Part shown: positions 48,674 through 59,065 of the stretch, piece by piece
How the letters are laid out: each line of letters starts with the position of its first letter
Position numbering within the stretch: the stretch's first letter is position 1
Assembly: GCA_965249555.1 (NCBI GenBank)
Contig: OZ252243.1
Span: 704,001 to 768,000 of the forward strand
DNA length: 64,000 bases
Direction: 5' to 3'
DNA from: Nitrosopumilus sp.
Lineage (GTDB): Archaea > Thermoproteota > Nitrososphaeria > Nitrososphaerales > Nitrosopumilaceae
The notes under the pieces: model-generated
What the model was told of the DNA's origin: nothing
What the model saw: only the letters and a program-made list of their open reading frames with translations
The model's database searches: none
Program-made: the position numbers and the translations under genes

Positions 48674-48890
48674 ATGGATATCACAGTAGAGGACAGAAAG
48701 TATATACTCTAACTTTGTTGAATCAATCAAAAGTAATAAAACTAGACGAGGATATCAACGAGACCTACAGCAGTTTCTAGAGAAGATACCTGATAATTTT
48801 TTCATGCAATATCTGGATGAAAAATCAAAGTCACGTAATACAAAAGATCTTTCAGAGTCTTTAGCTATGAAAAAAACATTATCTCATATC
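48674..48890 (+). pseudogene. Possible N-terminal relic of a tyrosine integrase next to tRNA-Lys
   Basis: Frameshifted segment SIYSNFVESIKSNKTRRGYQRDLQQFLEKIPD resembles integrase N-terminal (SAM-like) domains; it starts ~45 bp after the tRNA 3' end. Confidence 0.4.
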
Positions 48891-49069
48891 TAAATTGTGC
48901 ATCAAGAAGATTTCAGAAAAATCAGCGTTATGAATACTTGCTAAAAATCTGACGAATAATAGCGTAAGATTCGTTTTCAGTTACAACAAATCCATCACCA
49001 ACAATAAAAGACTTGAGTCTTAATTTTTCCATAGATTATATTATATAAAAGCATCATAAAAGTATTTTC

Positions 49070-49558
49070 ATGACTAGACATGGAGTTTTAAAAGAACGAA
49101 TCATAGAAATAGTTAGTCAATTCTTTCCATGTCAAGAAAAAGAATTTGGCAATACAATGATAGAATTTTCAATTATTGTGAATCCATTTGCTACGGATTT
49201 ATTCAGTTTTGCTATTGAGAAATTTAAAAATGTGGATATCATTAGAGTAACATGTATAATTGTGGCTACCCAAAAAGTTCAACAATCTTTAAAAAAACTA
49301 TCTAAAGAAGATATGAAGAACACAATGAGGGAATTTGATAAAATATATCATGAACAATTCAAAACAGAATATCAATTCACAAAAGACTATACATCAATTC
49401 AAAATACAAAGTTTTTTCTTAGTCAAAATTTATCATATCAGTTTTTATTGGATTTGCTTTTTTGGAATGTCGCACTTGTAAAAAAGGTTGGAAAAATTTT
49501 TAATGCCATGGATACAGGAATAAAATCTCCAGAAATAGACCCAAATAATTCTATGTAG
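49070..49558 (+). CDS. Hypothetical protein (AT-rich)
   Basis: 162-aa ORF with an upstream TATA-like ttatataaa. Confidence 0.6.
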   Translation: MTRHGVLKERIIEIVSQFFPCQEKEFGNTMIEFSIIVNPFATDLFSFAIEKFKNVDIIRVTCIIVATQKVQQSLKKLSKEDMKNTMREFDKIYHEQFKTEYQFTKDYTSIQNTKFFLSQNLSYQFLLDLLFWNVALVKKVGKIFNAMDTGIKSPEIDPNNSM

Positions 49559-49667
49559 AAATAATGTCTAATATTTTTTGGAACGAATTGCTGAATGTTC
49601 ATGCAAGCCCAAAATAGTCAGCAAAAACGTTTAATCCCTCTAGACTCGCTGCTCTTCTTTAATTTAG

Positions 49668-51128
49668 TTATTGGATTATTTCTTTAACTTGTTTTTCCAA
49701 GTTTTCAATAGATGAATTGATTTTATTTTCTCTTTGTAACACATCAGATCTGTATTGATTAATTTTTTGAGTTCTGTCAGAGATCATTCTTTTTTGCTCA
49801 TCATATCCAGAGGATCCAAACGAAGTTCTATCCTTAAGAGAAGAAACAACAGTTGTGGAAGAAATAATTTTCGAGACAATTTCAGGATCAACTGTAGTAC
49901 CTATTACGGATTTTTTAATTTCAGACAAAGTTAGTTTTGAAACAGGTTTTTTTGAATTATGAGCCAATTGAACTAAAATTCCTGAAATCTTATGAGTAAC
50001 TCTAAACGGAATTCCTTCCTGAACTAATTTTTCAGCAATATCAAGTGCAATAAGATTACTTGACTCTGTTACTTTTTTCATCTGTTCTTCATTCACTTTC
50101 AAGGTTAGAAGCATTGATTTTAAAATTATCAATGCACCAATAGAAATTTTCGATGTTGCCCAAATGGATGATTTTATTTGTTGTAAATCACGTCCATAAC
50201 CAGATGCCAGACCTTTGATGGTTGTTAGGATTGCAGTCAGGTTTCCAATAACTTCAGCAGTCTTACCTCTTGTTAGTTCTAAAACATCTGGATTTTTCTT
50301 TTGAGGCATTACACTTGAGGGAGACGTAAATTCATCAGCAAGTTCAATAAAAGAAAACTCAGATGTGGACCAAAGGATAAAATCTTCAGATATTCTACTT
50401 AGGTTAGTCATCAAAATTGAAATCATTGCGACATATTCTGCTACAAAATCACGCGTACTTGTTGCGTCAATTGAGTTCTCAACAAGATCATCAAAACCCA
50501 ACATCTCTGCGGTGCTATGCCTATCAATTGGGATACTTGTTCCTCCAACAGGTCCTGCGCCAAGTGGACTTTGATTTACTCTCTCAAAGGTTCCATAAAG
50601 TCGTTGAAAATCTCTGGACAAAGCATCGGCATGTGCCAAAAGATAATGAGAAAACAGACCAGCTTGAGCTTGCTGAAGATGAGTGTATAGTGGCATGATA
50701 GTTTTTTGGTGATTTTTAGCCACAGAAACAAGAGCTTCGATTGAATCCAAAAGGCAATTGCAAATGATGTTGATATCATCTCTAATCTTCATTCGAATAT
50801 CCAAAGCAACTTGATCATTACGTGACCTTGCAGTATGCATCTTTCCCCCACTTGCCATTCCGGCCTTTTTGATGATTAGTGATTCAATTAATTCATGAAT
50901 ATCTTCTGCATCTGATGATGCGTCAAATTTTTCTTTTTTCAAATTCTCTAATGCCGACAAGATCTTTTTTGCATCGTTTTTTGTTATGATATTTTTTTGA
51001 TATAACATCAAAGTGTGAGCTTTGCTTCCAAGTATATCATAGAGTGCGATTTCAGAATCATCATTTACTGATGAAACGTAATCTAAAGTGATATCACTCA
51101 GATCATTACCAAGACGGGAGCGATACAT
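49668..51128 (-). CDS. argH: Argininosuccinate lyase
   Basis: HTARSRNDQ, MPLYTHLQQAQ and SSVMPQKKNPD. Confidence 0.96.
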   Translation of the reverse strand: MYRSRLGNDLSDITLDYVSSVNDDSEIALYDILGSKAHTLMLYQKNIITKNDAKKILSALENLKKEKFDASSDAEDIHELIESLIIKKAGMASGGKMHTARSRNDQVALDIRMKIRDDINIICNCLLDSIEALVSVAKNHQKTIMPLYTHLQQAQAGLFSHYLLAHADALSRDFQRLYGTFERVNQSPLGAGPVGGTSIPIDRHSTAEMLGFDDLVENSIDATSTRDFVAEYVAMISILMTNLSRISEDFILWSTSEFSFIELADEFTSPSSVMPQKKNPDVLELTRGKTAEVIGNLTAILTTIKGLASGYGRDLQQIKSSIWATSKISIGALIILKSMLLTLKVNEEQMKKVTESSNLIALDIAEKLVQEGIPFRVTHKISGILVQLAHNSKKPVSKLTLSEIKKSVIGTTVDPEIVSKIISSTTVVSSLKDRTSFGSSGYDEQKRMISDRTQKINQYRSDVLQRENKINSSIENLEKQVKEIIQ

Positions 51129-51346
51129 TACCTAAGATTCTGATACTGGTAAATTTATGTGATCTGTTCAAAATGTTGGTAACTAGTGATATACGAATTT
51201 TATCCAAGATTTTTCCATGTATTAATTTTGAGTTCTGTTGGGTTATCAGATGATGAATTCAAAGTGATGTGAAATCACGATCTTATTCGGATTCAAAAAT
51301 TACAAGGTATATTGAAAATCAAACAATGTTCAGTAAAGCCCCTTTA

Positions 51347-51644
51347 TCTGAATACATCACAATATCTTCCAAATCTGAGATGATTCAGTTTGAAGGAAAC
51401 GAGCTAGTCGGAAGTGGTCAGATGGACATATAATACTGATTCTGAACTGTCTTGCTTTAATGTGCAAGAGGACAACTCCTCGGTGTACAGTCTAGAGTAT
51501 ATGTGAAGGATTATTCGCAATATAAAACGAGTAAGCAAGAACGTCAATATGGAATATGGAACACAGACATCAATTCATCTTTTGTTTGAGATGAAGCCAA
51601 AGGCTAAATCTGAATATTATCTTGCATCAAGAGTAAAAAATTAA
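51347..51644 (+). pseudogene. Decayed PCNA (sliding clamp) C-terminal half
   Basis: Manual translation with one frameshift and one stop: SEYITISSKSEMIQFEG..SVYSLEYM*RIIRNI..VNMEYGTQTSIHLLFEM..KSEYYLASRVKN*. Confidence 0.7.
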
Positions 51645-51653
51645 GATTAAATA

Positions 51654-52238
51654 TTACTTTGATGGATTTTTACTTTGTAAATGTTGTGAAATTAATTCCT
51701 TTAACTCTCTTTTATAATTCTCACGTCCAATGAATTTCTTTGTCTTGCCACGCTTGATTAATTTCTGCTTTTCTTGTTCTAACAATCCTAGTTCTTCTAA
51801 TTGATTTCTTTTCCATATCAAAGCACGATATATTGCCATAGGAACATTCTCTGATATGTCTTTTTTTCTAAATTCTTTTGCAAAAATCATAAGTTCTCGT
51901 AGATATGATTCAGAGAGAGCAAAATCACGTTGCAATGCGTTGGCATAGTTGGTAATATGAAATATGTTACGGGTATTGTTGTGAAATTTGCGTAACATTT
52001 CTCCCAATTGCCAGGATGTTACACGTGGTAAGTTCTGCCGTTTCTTCTGTATATTTCCACCGTAAAACAGTTCTTCGGCTTTTTTTACTAAATCAAAATA
52101 GTCCTTTTCAAGTTTTTTGATCTTTTTTCGCGTATCTTCTCTCATTGTGAAATAATATGTAGAGTCCAGCATTACACCTTTTTTTGTATCTCCGCTAGGA
52201 GATGTAACCTGAATTATCTTTACGGGTATTTTTTCCAT
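51654..52238 (-). CDS. Hypothetical protein, weakly DUF1016-N-like helical domain
   Basis: WQLGEML..ALQRDFALSESYLRELMIFAKEF; starts 2 bp after the ATPase stop. Confidence 0.65.
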   Translation of the reverse strand: MEKIPVKIIQVTSPSGDTKKGVMLDSTYYFTMREDTRKKIKKLEKDYFDLVKKAEELFYGGNIQKKRQNLPRVTSWQLGEMLRKFHNNTRNIFHITNYANALQRDFALSESYLRELMIFAKEFRKKDISENVPMAIYRALIWKRNQLEELGLLEQEKQKLIKRGKTKKFIGRENYKRELKELISQHLQSKNPSK

Positions 52239-52240
52239 AA

Positions 52241-53761
52241 TTAGTCATATGTCGAATGTAAAAGATCTCTTGTTTTGTCAAACGCCATGTTTGCGTCCCA
52301 ATTCTCAGCATCAACTTGATAACGCACTAACGCCTCTATTACGATTCTGTATTTGTGGAATTCGGCAATGTATGTGCCATTAATTTTCTTGTAGAATGGG
52401 TGTCCAATATTGATAATTACGGCTTTGTCCTTTTCGCTTACATACGCTTCCATCTTTTCAGTTTCATCGTGCTCGATTTCACTTATGCTAATTCCACGTG
52501 TATTTCGAATTTTTATTTTGCCTTGTCCATCACCCTTGGGATCTAATATGATGCCTGTACCCTGCTCCTGTCCAAAAATTGTTGGATTGTCAGTACCTTT
52601 TCCTCCGCCTGATTCCTGAGATCCAGGTGTTTCTGAAATTGGTTTATCGCCATCTTTGTCAGAACCAATAGTTTCTCTGGGTCTTTTGGCAAGAAATGGA
52701 TTCAGATCTTTGAATTCGTTTGATTGTAGCATAGTATTTAATTTATCAGTTAATTTTTCTAGTTCTACATTTTTGGTGGCATCTTTCACCCTGTCTTTGT
52801 ATAATCCTTGTTCTTTAATAAAATCCCAGAACTTGTTTCTTATTTTGTTTCTGATTTTTGTCACATTTCTATTTTTTTCAAAACCCTCTTTGCTTTTAAG
52901 TACAAAACTTGCCATAAATGTCACATCTGCGTAACAAAAAATTCTTGCCCCAAAGTTATTTTTTATGCTTAACACTGTGTCTATTTTTTCATTTTCTATT
53001 CTCTTGCCATGCACTGTATATATTATGTTCTGAAAATCATCATCAAGTTCTTCATCGGATATATAAAAAAATATTTTTATTTTTTGGGAATGTATAGTGG
53101 TGCTTTTAGAAAAATGTTTTACTTTGCTTGGAAATTTTGGTTCTAATATTGTTCCGTTGATTTTAATAGTAAATAATTTTGTAATTATGGCATAATTCCA
53201 CCAAAAGTGAATGATTTTTTCTATATCTTTTTGTAGTTCTTGATATTGTTCAGATGCCAATTTACAGATGAATGTTGTTCCATCTTCATGTGGAAATTTT
53301 CTCAAATCGACAATATCTGAAATTAAATATTTTTTATTAGTAACATATTGTGCTCCTTGATCTGTCCATTTCCATTTTGTTACAAGTTTTTTTGATTTGC
53401 CTGTAATTGTTATTATCTCTGCGTTTTTATGTGATGGAAGAAATATTTTTGCTCCTATTCCTACAAATCCTATATTATCTCCAACTGTTTTTGATGATTC
53501 AAACAATGTTTGATATTTTTTGTCGAAAAACTTTTCTGGAATTGGTTCAGAATTGTTATGAAATATTATGTATTTGTCACTACCATATATTCTAAAATTA
53601 ATGTCTACGGTTGGATTTTTTGTATTATGTTCTGTGAATGCATCCTGTGCATTTGCAATAATTTCTTGAATCATAGTGATGTGAGCAGGATATTTGTATG
53701 ATTTTAACTCCATTTCCAAGGCACGTTTGGAGTTGACATGCATGGACTTCCATTCAATCAT
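52241..53761 (-). CDS. GHKL (MORC/Hsp90-like) ATPase
   Basis: IQEIIANAQDA, IGFVGIGAK and GTTF; C-terminal VIINIGHPFY. Confidence 0.8.
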   Translation of the reverse strand: MIEWKSMHVNSKRALEMELKSYKYPAHITMIQEIIANAQDAFTEHNTKNPTVDINFRIYGSDKYIIFHNNSEPIPEKFFDKKYQTLFESSKTVGDNIGFVGIGAKIFLPSHKNAEIITITGKSKKLVTKWKWTDQGAQYVTNKKYLISDIVDLRKFPHEDGTTFICKLASEQYQELQKDIEKIIHFWWNYAIITKLFTIKINGTILEPKFPSKVKHFSKSTTIHSQKIKIFFYISDEELDDDFQNIIYTVHGKRIENEKIDTVLSIKNNFGARIFCYADVTFMASFVLKSKEGFEKNRNVTKIRNKIRNKFWDFIKEQGLYKDRVKDATKNVELEKLTDKLNTMLQSNEFKDLNPFLAKRPRETIGSDKDGDKPISETPGSQESGGGKGTDNPTIFGQEQGTGIILDPKGDGQGKIKIRNTRGISISEIEHDETEKMEAYVSEKDKAVIINIGHPFYKKINGTYIAEFHKYRIVIEALVRYQVDAENWDANMAFDKTRDLLHSTYD

Positions 53762-53896
53762 GACATAACTAAATCCGCCTCGTATTTTTAAATATGTAAA
53801 TCATATAAAAATTACTTTTGCCAACCATTTGCATTATGTCAAATCTACTGTGAAGGTTCTAAAATGATTATATATAGCATCAACGCTTTTGCCCAC

Positions 53897-54220
53897 ATGA
53901 GCCAAGATATCAAATTAATGCGAGTGAAAATATTTGACGAGTTATCAAAGATTGTGGATCCAGAAATTAACACATCAATTGTTGATTTAGAATTAATTGA
54001 TGAGGTCGATATCAATGACAGTAATGTGAAAGTTGATCTGCATCTTACTAGTCCATTCTGTCCAGCAGTATTTGGTTTTAAGATTTGTCAAGATGTTCAT
54101 GACAATCTTTTGAAGGTAGATGGAGTGGATGATGTCAAGGTAAATGTTTCAAATCACTTTATGGCAGAACAGATCAACAATCAGGTAAACAACAGCCCAA
54201 ATCCAAAAAAACTAGGTTAA
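53897..54220 (+). CDS. DUF59/MIP18 Fe-S cluster assembly protein
   Basis: IVDPEINTSIVDLELI..LTSPFCP. Confidence 0.9.
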   Translation: MSQDIKLMRVKIFDELSKIVDPEINTSIVDLELIDEVDINDSNVKVDLHLTSPFCPAVFGFKICQDVHDNLLKVDGVDDVKVNVSNHFMAEQINNQVNNSPNPKKLG

Positions 54221-54969
54221 CTTTTAAAACCTAGCATATATCCTCGAAGTAGTTGTATTCCCATTGCAGGATCAACTCCTTTTGGACATACCTGACTGCA
54301 GGACCCAGCAAAGTGACATCTCCATATGCCATGAGATTCATCAATCATCTTGAGTCTGGAATCTTTTCCCTTATCTCTACTATCAGCAACATATCGATAT
54401 GCCTGAGCTAATGCTTGTGGGCCAACAAACGAAGAGTCTGTCGCCATTGTAGGACATGCGGCATTGCACAAACCACATTTGATACAATTGGCAAATTGGA
54501 TGTATTGTTCTACTTCTTTAGGAGATTGCAAAAATTCTTTTTCATCGGATTCTATCTCAGTGTCATCTCGAATCAGATACGGCTTGATTTTACGATGAGT
54601 GTCAAACAATCTCTCAAACTTTACTGCCAAATCACGAATAATTGGAAAGTTGCTCATAGGTTCAACTGTAACAACATTGGAATCAAGCTCACTAATTTTT
54701 GTAAAACATGCAAGTCTAGGTTTTCCGTTAATCATCATTCCGCATGAGCCACATGTAGCTTGTCGACAAGAATAACGAACTGCCACTGAGTGATCAAAGT
54801 ATTGTTTGACCTCAAGAATTGCCTCAAGAACGGTAGTCCATTTCTCATATGAAACATTAAATTCCATAAATCCGCTTGCATCATCATATTCAGGATTGTA
54901 TCTTGAAATTCGAAGCGTAACTGACTTTGATGTCGCTTGTTTGTCTGCAACACCAGATACCTGTGCCAT
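54217..54969 (-). CDS. sdhB: Succinate dehydrogenase iron-sulfur subunit
   Basis: SCRQATCGSC, CIKCGLCNAACP and CHFAGSCSQVCP. Confidence 0.95.
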   Translation of the reverse strand: MAQVSGVADKQATSKSVTLRISRYNPEYDDASGFMEFNVSYEKWTTVLEAILEVKQYFDHSVAVRYSCRQATCGSCGMMINGKPRLACFTKISELDSNVVTVEPMSNFPIIRDLAVKFERLFDTHRKIKPYLIRDDTEIESDEKEFLQSPKEVEQYIQFANCIKCGLCNAACPTMATDSSFVGPQALAQAYRYVADSRDKGKDSRLKMIDESHGIWRCHFAGSCSQVCPKGVDPAMGIQLLRGYMLGFKS

Positions 54970-54972
54970 CTT

Positions 54973-55329
54973 CTAGACCATCCCCATGTTAACCATAATG
55001 ATAGTCCTTGAGCCATATGCTATTAATCCAACCATTGCTGCAAGGCAACCATAAGAGACGGCTTTTTCGTAAGTTCTTCCTTGTTTTAACTCCAATAAAA
55101 TAACTCGCAGTCCATTAAACCCATGGACTGAAATCAACACCAGGATTAACTCCAACATTACAGCATATGGAATGAATTTGTAGTTGGCAATGACACTCTC
55201 ATATTCCAAAGATTCTGCAAATCCCTGCGTAAGACGCATCAAAATGTGAACTGCCACTAGTGCCACTGCTGCAATGGCAGTTCCGTAGTGAATCTTCATG
55301 ATTGTACTTTCTCTCATCTTATTCACCAA
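54973..55329 (-). CDS. sdhD: Succinate dehydrogenase membrane anchor
   Basis: Three TM helices, HGFNGLRVIL, operon position. Confidence 0.85.
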   Translation of the reverse strand: MVNKMRESTIMKIHYGTAIAAVALVAVHILMRLTQGFAESLEYESVIANYKFIPYAVMLELILVLISVHGFNGLRVILLELKQGRTYEKAVSYGCLAAMVGLIAYGSRTIIMVNMGMV

Positions 55330-55750
55330 ACATTACCGCTAGCCCATACATCATTGCAACTGCTGCAAGAACAATTGCAGAGTAGATGCCTATCTTGTGT
55401 CTGTAGTTTTGTGATGCCGGATCATATGGATAATCAGGCCTGGCAGGTTTTCCCACACCAACCCCTCCATGTCCCAACATCACTCTAACTCCATTAACAG
55501 TATGAAATACACACATTCCAATTACAATTGCCAAAATAGCATGACCTTCAGTAGTTGCTGTCATTTCCATCAGTTCATCCCATCCAACTCGTCCTCTCAG
55601 GATATTACTTGTTTCATAGATATGGGCGATAAAATATGCTAACAGTCCCAATCCACTCAGTCGCATCAACAGATATGCAACTCGTTCTATCCCATAGCGA
55701 CGAGGGTTGATCATTCCTCTAATGCCTTCTTTGTTTTCGTCCCGAGTCAT
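55319..55750 (-). CDS. sdhC: Succinate dehydrogenase cytochrome b subunit
   Basis: RLSGLGL..HI, FHTVNGVR, operon position. Confidence 0.88.
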   Translation of the reverse strand: MTRDENKEGIRGMINPRRYGIERVAYLLMRLSGLGLLAYFIAHIYETSNILRGRVGWDELMEMTATTEGHAILAIVIGMCVFHTVNGVRVMLGHGGVGVGKPARPDYPYDPASQNYRHKIGIYSAIVLAAVAMMYGLAVMFGE

Positions 55751-57463
55751 CTAATATTTTCTCTCCACTGGCTGGTACTTTGTAATTGTGACTGGATGTG
55801 TTTTCATGATTGGCTCATCTGGATCATAGTAAGCAAGTGTATGATGTAAGAAGTTTGTATCATCACGTTTAGTATGATCTGTTCTAGCATGTGCGCCACG
55901 AGATTCTTTTCGATTAATTGCGCCAATCAACACAATCTCTGCCACTCTGAACATAGAATCAAGTTCCATGACATTTGAAAAGTTGGTATTGTACTCTTTT
56001 GCTTTGTCATCAACATGTTTCCAGGCTTGCACTTTTAGTTCACGAATCTTTTTGAGACCTGCAACTAGATCAGTTTCATTTCTGTAGACATATGCCTTTT
56101 CATTCATGGTATCAGTAAGTTGCTGTCTAATTTCATATGGATTTACATTACCATTTCCTCGAAAAATCCCATCATAGATTCTTTTTTCTTCTGCCACAAC
56201 CAAGTGATGGGGCCAAGGAATTGATGGAACGCCCTTTTGGATATACTCTGCTGCCAATTCTCCCGTAATTTTACCCCAGACGATGCATTCTGAGGTGGAA
56301 TTTGCGCCTAGTCTGTTTGAGCCATGAACGCTATTACATGCAGCCTCACCTGCAGCCCAAACTCCCAGCATCTCTGTTGCACCTTGAATATCAGTATGAA
56401 GTCCACCCATCATATAATGGCAGACAGGTCTAATGTCAAGTAATTCTTTGGCAGGATCAGCACCAGAAAATTTGATGGAGATCTCTCTAATTCCGCCTAA
56501 CTTCTCTTTGATTTTTTCATCTCCAATATGTCTCAAATCAAGCTTCATACAATCAACTCCAGTTTCATGTTTGAATCCTCGGCCTTCTTTAATTTCTGTC
56601 ATTATTGATCTTGATACGATATCACGTGGAGCTAATTCCATTTTGCTTTCAGCATAATTCTTCATAAATCGTTCACCTTTGTTGTTAAGCAGGTATGCAC
56701 CTTCGCCGCGTGCACCCTCTGTGATCAAAATTCCAGATGGTAAAATTCCTGTTGGATGGAATTGTACAAACTCCATGTCTTTTAGTGCCAAGCCGGCACG
56801 AAATCCCATATCCAAACCATCTGGAGTTGATGACAATGCATAGGTTGAAAAACTGTACAATCTTCCAGCGCCGCCAGTTGCAATGATAAGGGCTTTGCCT
56901 TTGATTGTGTAAAATGTACCAGAAGACAGTTCTATTGCAGTAAGTCCCATGAATCGTCTTCCATCGTGAACTATTGATGTTGCAAACCATTCGTTAAGAT
57001 ATTCTATATTTTCATATTTCTGACATGTGTCATACAATGTCTGCATTTCAAAAAAGCCAACCTTATCGGATGCATAAGTTGCTCTTGGAAAACTATAACC
57101 GCCAAAGTTTCTTTGATCAATCCTGCCATCATCTTTTCTGGACCATGGCATTCCCCAGTGTTCCAACTGATAGATTTCTTTTGGCGCTTCCACACAAAGT
57201 TTTTCAGCAACATCTTGGTCTGCAAGAAAGTCACTTCCTTTGACAGTGTCATAAATATGGGATTCAATGGTATCACCTCCGTCTTCACAAATTACTGCTG
57301 CAGTTCCCCCTTCTGCAGATACAGAATGAGAACGCATTACTTGTAATTTTGAAACAATGCCGATTTTGAGATTTGGTCCCTTTTTTGCAGCCGCTATTGC
57401 AGCCCTCAAGCCAGCAAGGCCAGAACCGCAAATTATCAAATCAAATTCTATAGAATCTACCAT
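55751..57463 (-). CDS. sdhA: Succinate dehydrogenase flavoprotein subunit
   Basis: GSGLAG, RSHSVSAEGG, QFHPTG, HGSNRLGANS and ESRGAH. Confidence 0.96.
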   Translation of the reverse strand: MVDSIEFDLIICGSGLAGLRAAIAAAKKGPNLKIGIVSKLQVMRSHSVSAEGGTAAVICEDGGDTIESHIYDTVKGSDFLADQDVAEKLCVEAPKEIYQLEHWGMPWSRKDDGRIDQRNFGGYSFPRATYASDKVGFFEMQTLYDTCQKYENIEYLNEWFATSIVHDGRRFMGLTAIELSSGTFYTIKGKALIIATGGAGRLYSFSTYALSSTPDGLDMGFRAGLALKDMEFVQFHPTGILPSGILITEGARGEGAYLLNNKGERFMKNYAESKMELAPRDIVSRSIMTEIKEGRGFKHETGVDCMKLDLRHIGDEKIKEKLGGIREISIKFSGADPAKELLDIRPVCHYMMGGLHTDIQGATEMLGVWAAGEAACNSVHGSNRLGANSTSECIVWGKITGELAAEYIQKGVPSIPWPHHLVVAEEKRIYDGIFRGNGNVNPYEIRQQLTDTMNEKAYVYRNETDLVAGLKKIRELKVQAWKHVDDKAKEYNTNFSNVMELDSMFRVAEIVLIGAINRKESRGAHARTDHTKRDDTNFLHHTLAYYDPDEPIMKTHPVTITKYQPVERKY

Positions 57464-57537
57464 TTTTCAGACAAACTTGCTTTGAGTGGGATAAATATGT
57501 AGTAATTGGCAGGCATGATCCCAAAATATTAAAATAT

Positions 57538-57561
57538 ATCACTAGTGATATCACTAGTGAT
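57538..57561. promoter_or_regulatory. Perfect 24-bp palindrome overlapping the PadR start; likely operator
   Basis: atcactagtgatatcactagtgat, i.e. two tandem self-complementary 12-mers. Confidence 0.65.
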
Positions 57562-58069
57562 GATTTCTGAATGGCTTCAGAGAGTAGGAAGTTCAATTCC
57601 CAGGGGATTTTCAAGATATTTCATCTTAGAACTATTGAAAAAGAAAACACGTACTGGAAAAGAGATCATCGATTATGCAGTTGAACAAAGTAATGGGATT
57701 TGGAAACCATCTCCAGGATTGATATATCCATTGCTAGGCAGATTACTAGATGAAGGACTAATTGAGGAGAGTAAAGATGGAAGATACCAATTAACAAAGA
57801 AAGGAAAGGAAACAGCAGAGGATGTGGATAAGATAAATGATATTGTTAGAAAACAATTAGAGGTTTTGTTTAGACTCAGCAATGTGGGAAAATTTGTTGC
57901 TATGGATCTATTAGAAAAGATTTCAGCAATGGGATCTATCCTTAGTTCAAATTTTGCCCATATGACTGATGAAGAGACCAAGAAATACAAGCATTTTCTT
58001 GAATCAGAATTAAAGAAAATTCAAGGAAAAGAAGTAAAGAAAAAAGGCAAGGAAATTAAGATCGAATAG
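57560..58069 (+). CDS. PadR-family transcriptional regulator
   Basis: ILELL..TGKEII..WKPSPGLIYPLLGRLLDEGLI..YQLTKKG. Confidence 0.9.
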   Translation: MISEWLQRVGSSIPRGFSRYFILELLKKKTRTGKEIIDYAVEQSNGIWKPSPGLIYPLLGRLLDEGLIEESKDGRYQLTKKGKETAEDVDKINDIVRKQLEVLFRLSNVGKFVAMDLLEKISAMGSILSSNFAHMTDEETKKYKHFLESELKKIQGKEVKKKGKEIKIE

Positions 58070-58172
58070 TAATGGAAAAATTATTTGGATAGTTTAAGAA
58101 CCAAATAATATCTATGAAATGATATTGGATAATTTTTGAAAGTCATAAATAATTCAGGGAAAGAACACAATT

Positions 58173-59039
58173 ATGAAAAATTTGAGAAGCATGTTAAAAT
58201 CAAAAAAACCACTTGTTATTCCAGGAGTTTATGATGCATTAGGAGCAAAAATTGCCCAAAAAGTTGGATTTGATGCAATGTTTCAAACGGGTTATGGAAC
58301 ATCTGCAACTCTATTTGGAATGCCAGACTATGGATTTATTGGAGCTGCAGAAACAGTGGATAATGCAAGACGCATATGCAGAGCAGTTTCAGTACCTGTA
58401 ATTGTAGATTCAGATACAGGATATGGAAATGCTTTGAGTGTATGGAAGATAGTAAAGGAATTAGAATCAGCAGGGGCGGCAGGGATTTTTCTTGAAGATC
58501 AAAGATGGCCTAAAAGATGTGGACACATGCAAGGAAAAGAGGTGATTTCACAAGCGGAATACACTGAAAAATTATCAGCGGCACTTGATGCAAGAGAGAG
58601 TAAAGATTTCATAATTGTTGCAAGAACAGATGCAAGAGCTACTGAGGGATTAGATGCAGCCATTGAACGTGGAAAACAAAACAAGAGAACAGGGGCAAAT
58701 GCTGTATTTGTAGAAGCGCCAAGATCATTAGATGAGATGAAAAGAATTGGAAAGGAGATCAATGCGCCATTAGTTGCAAACATGATTGAAGGGGGAGCTA
58801 CGCCATTGAGTTCAGCTGAAACATTAAGCAAGATGGGATTTAAAATAATTCTTTATCCACTGTCTGTTTTGTATGCCAACACATTTGCAACCATGAATAT
58901 TCTAAAAGAGCTAAAGAAATCAGGCAACACCGCAAAATACAAACAAAAAGTTGTGAGTTTTGATCAGTTTAATGACTTGGTTGAACTTCCAAAATTCAGA
59001 AAGATGGAAGAGAAATTCAAATCTTCAAAAAGAGCATAA
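58173..59039 (+). CDS. Isocitrate lyase/PEP mutase family protein (methylisocitrate lyase-like)
   Basis: DSDTGYG, LEDQRWPKRCGH and ARTDA. Confidence 0.88.
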   Translation: MKNLRSMLKSKKPLVIPGVYDALGAKIAQKVGFDAMFQTGYGTSATLFGMPDYGFIGAAETVDNARRICRAVSVPVIVDSDTGYGNALSVWKIVKELESAGAAGIFLEDQRWPKRCGHMQGKEVISQAEYTEKLSAALDARESKDFIIVARTDARATEGLDAAIERGKQNKRTGANAVFVEAPRSLDEMKRIGKEINAPLVANMIEGGATPLSSAETLSKMGFKIILYPLSVLYANTFATMNILKELKKSGNTAKYKQKVVSFDQFNDLVELPKFRKMEEKFKSSKRA

Positions 59040-59065
59040 AAGAAAAAATTTCAAGTAAAGCGCAG

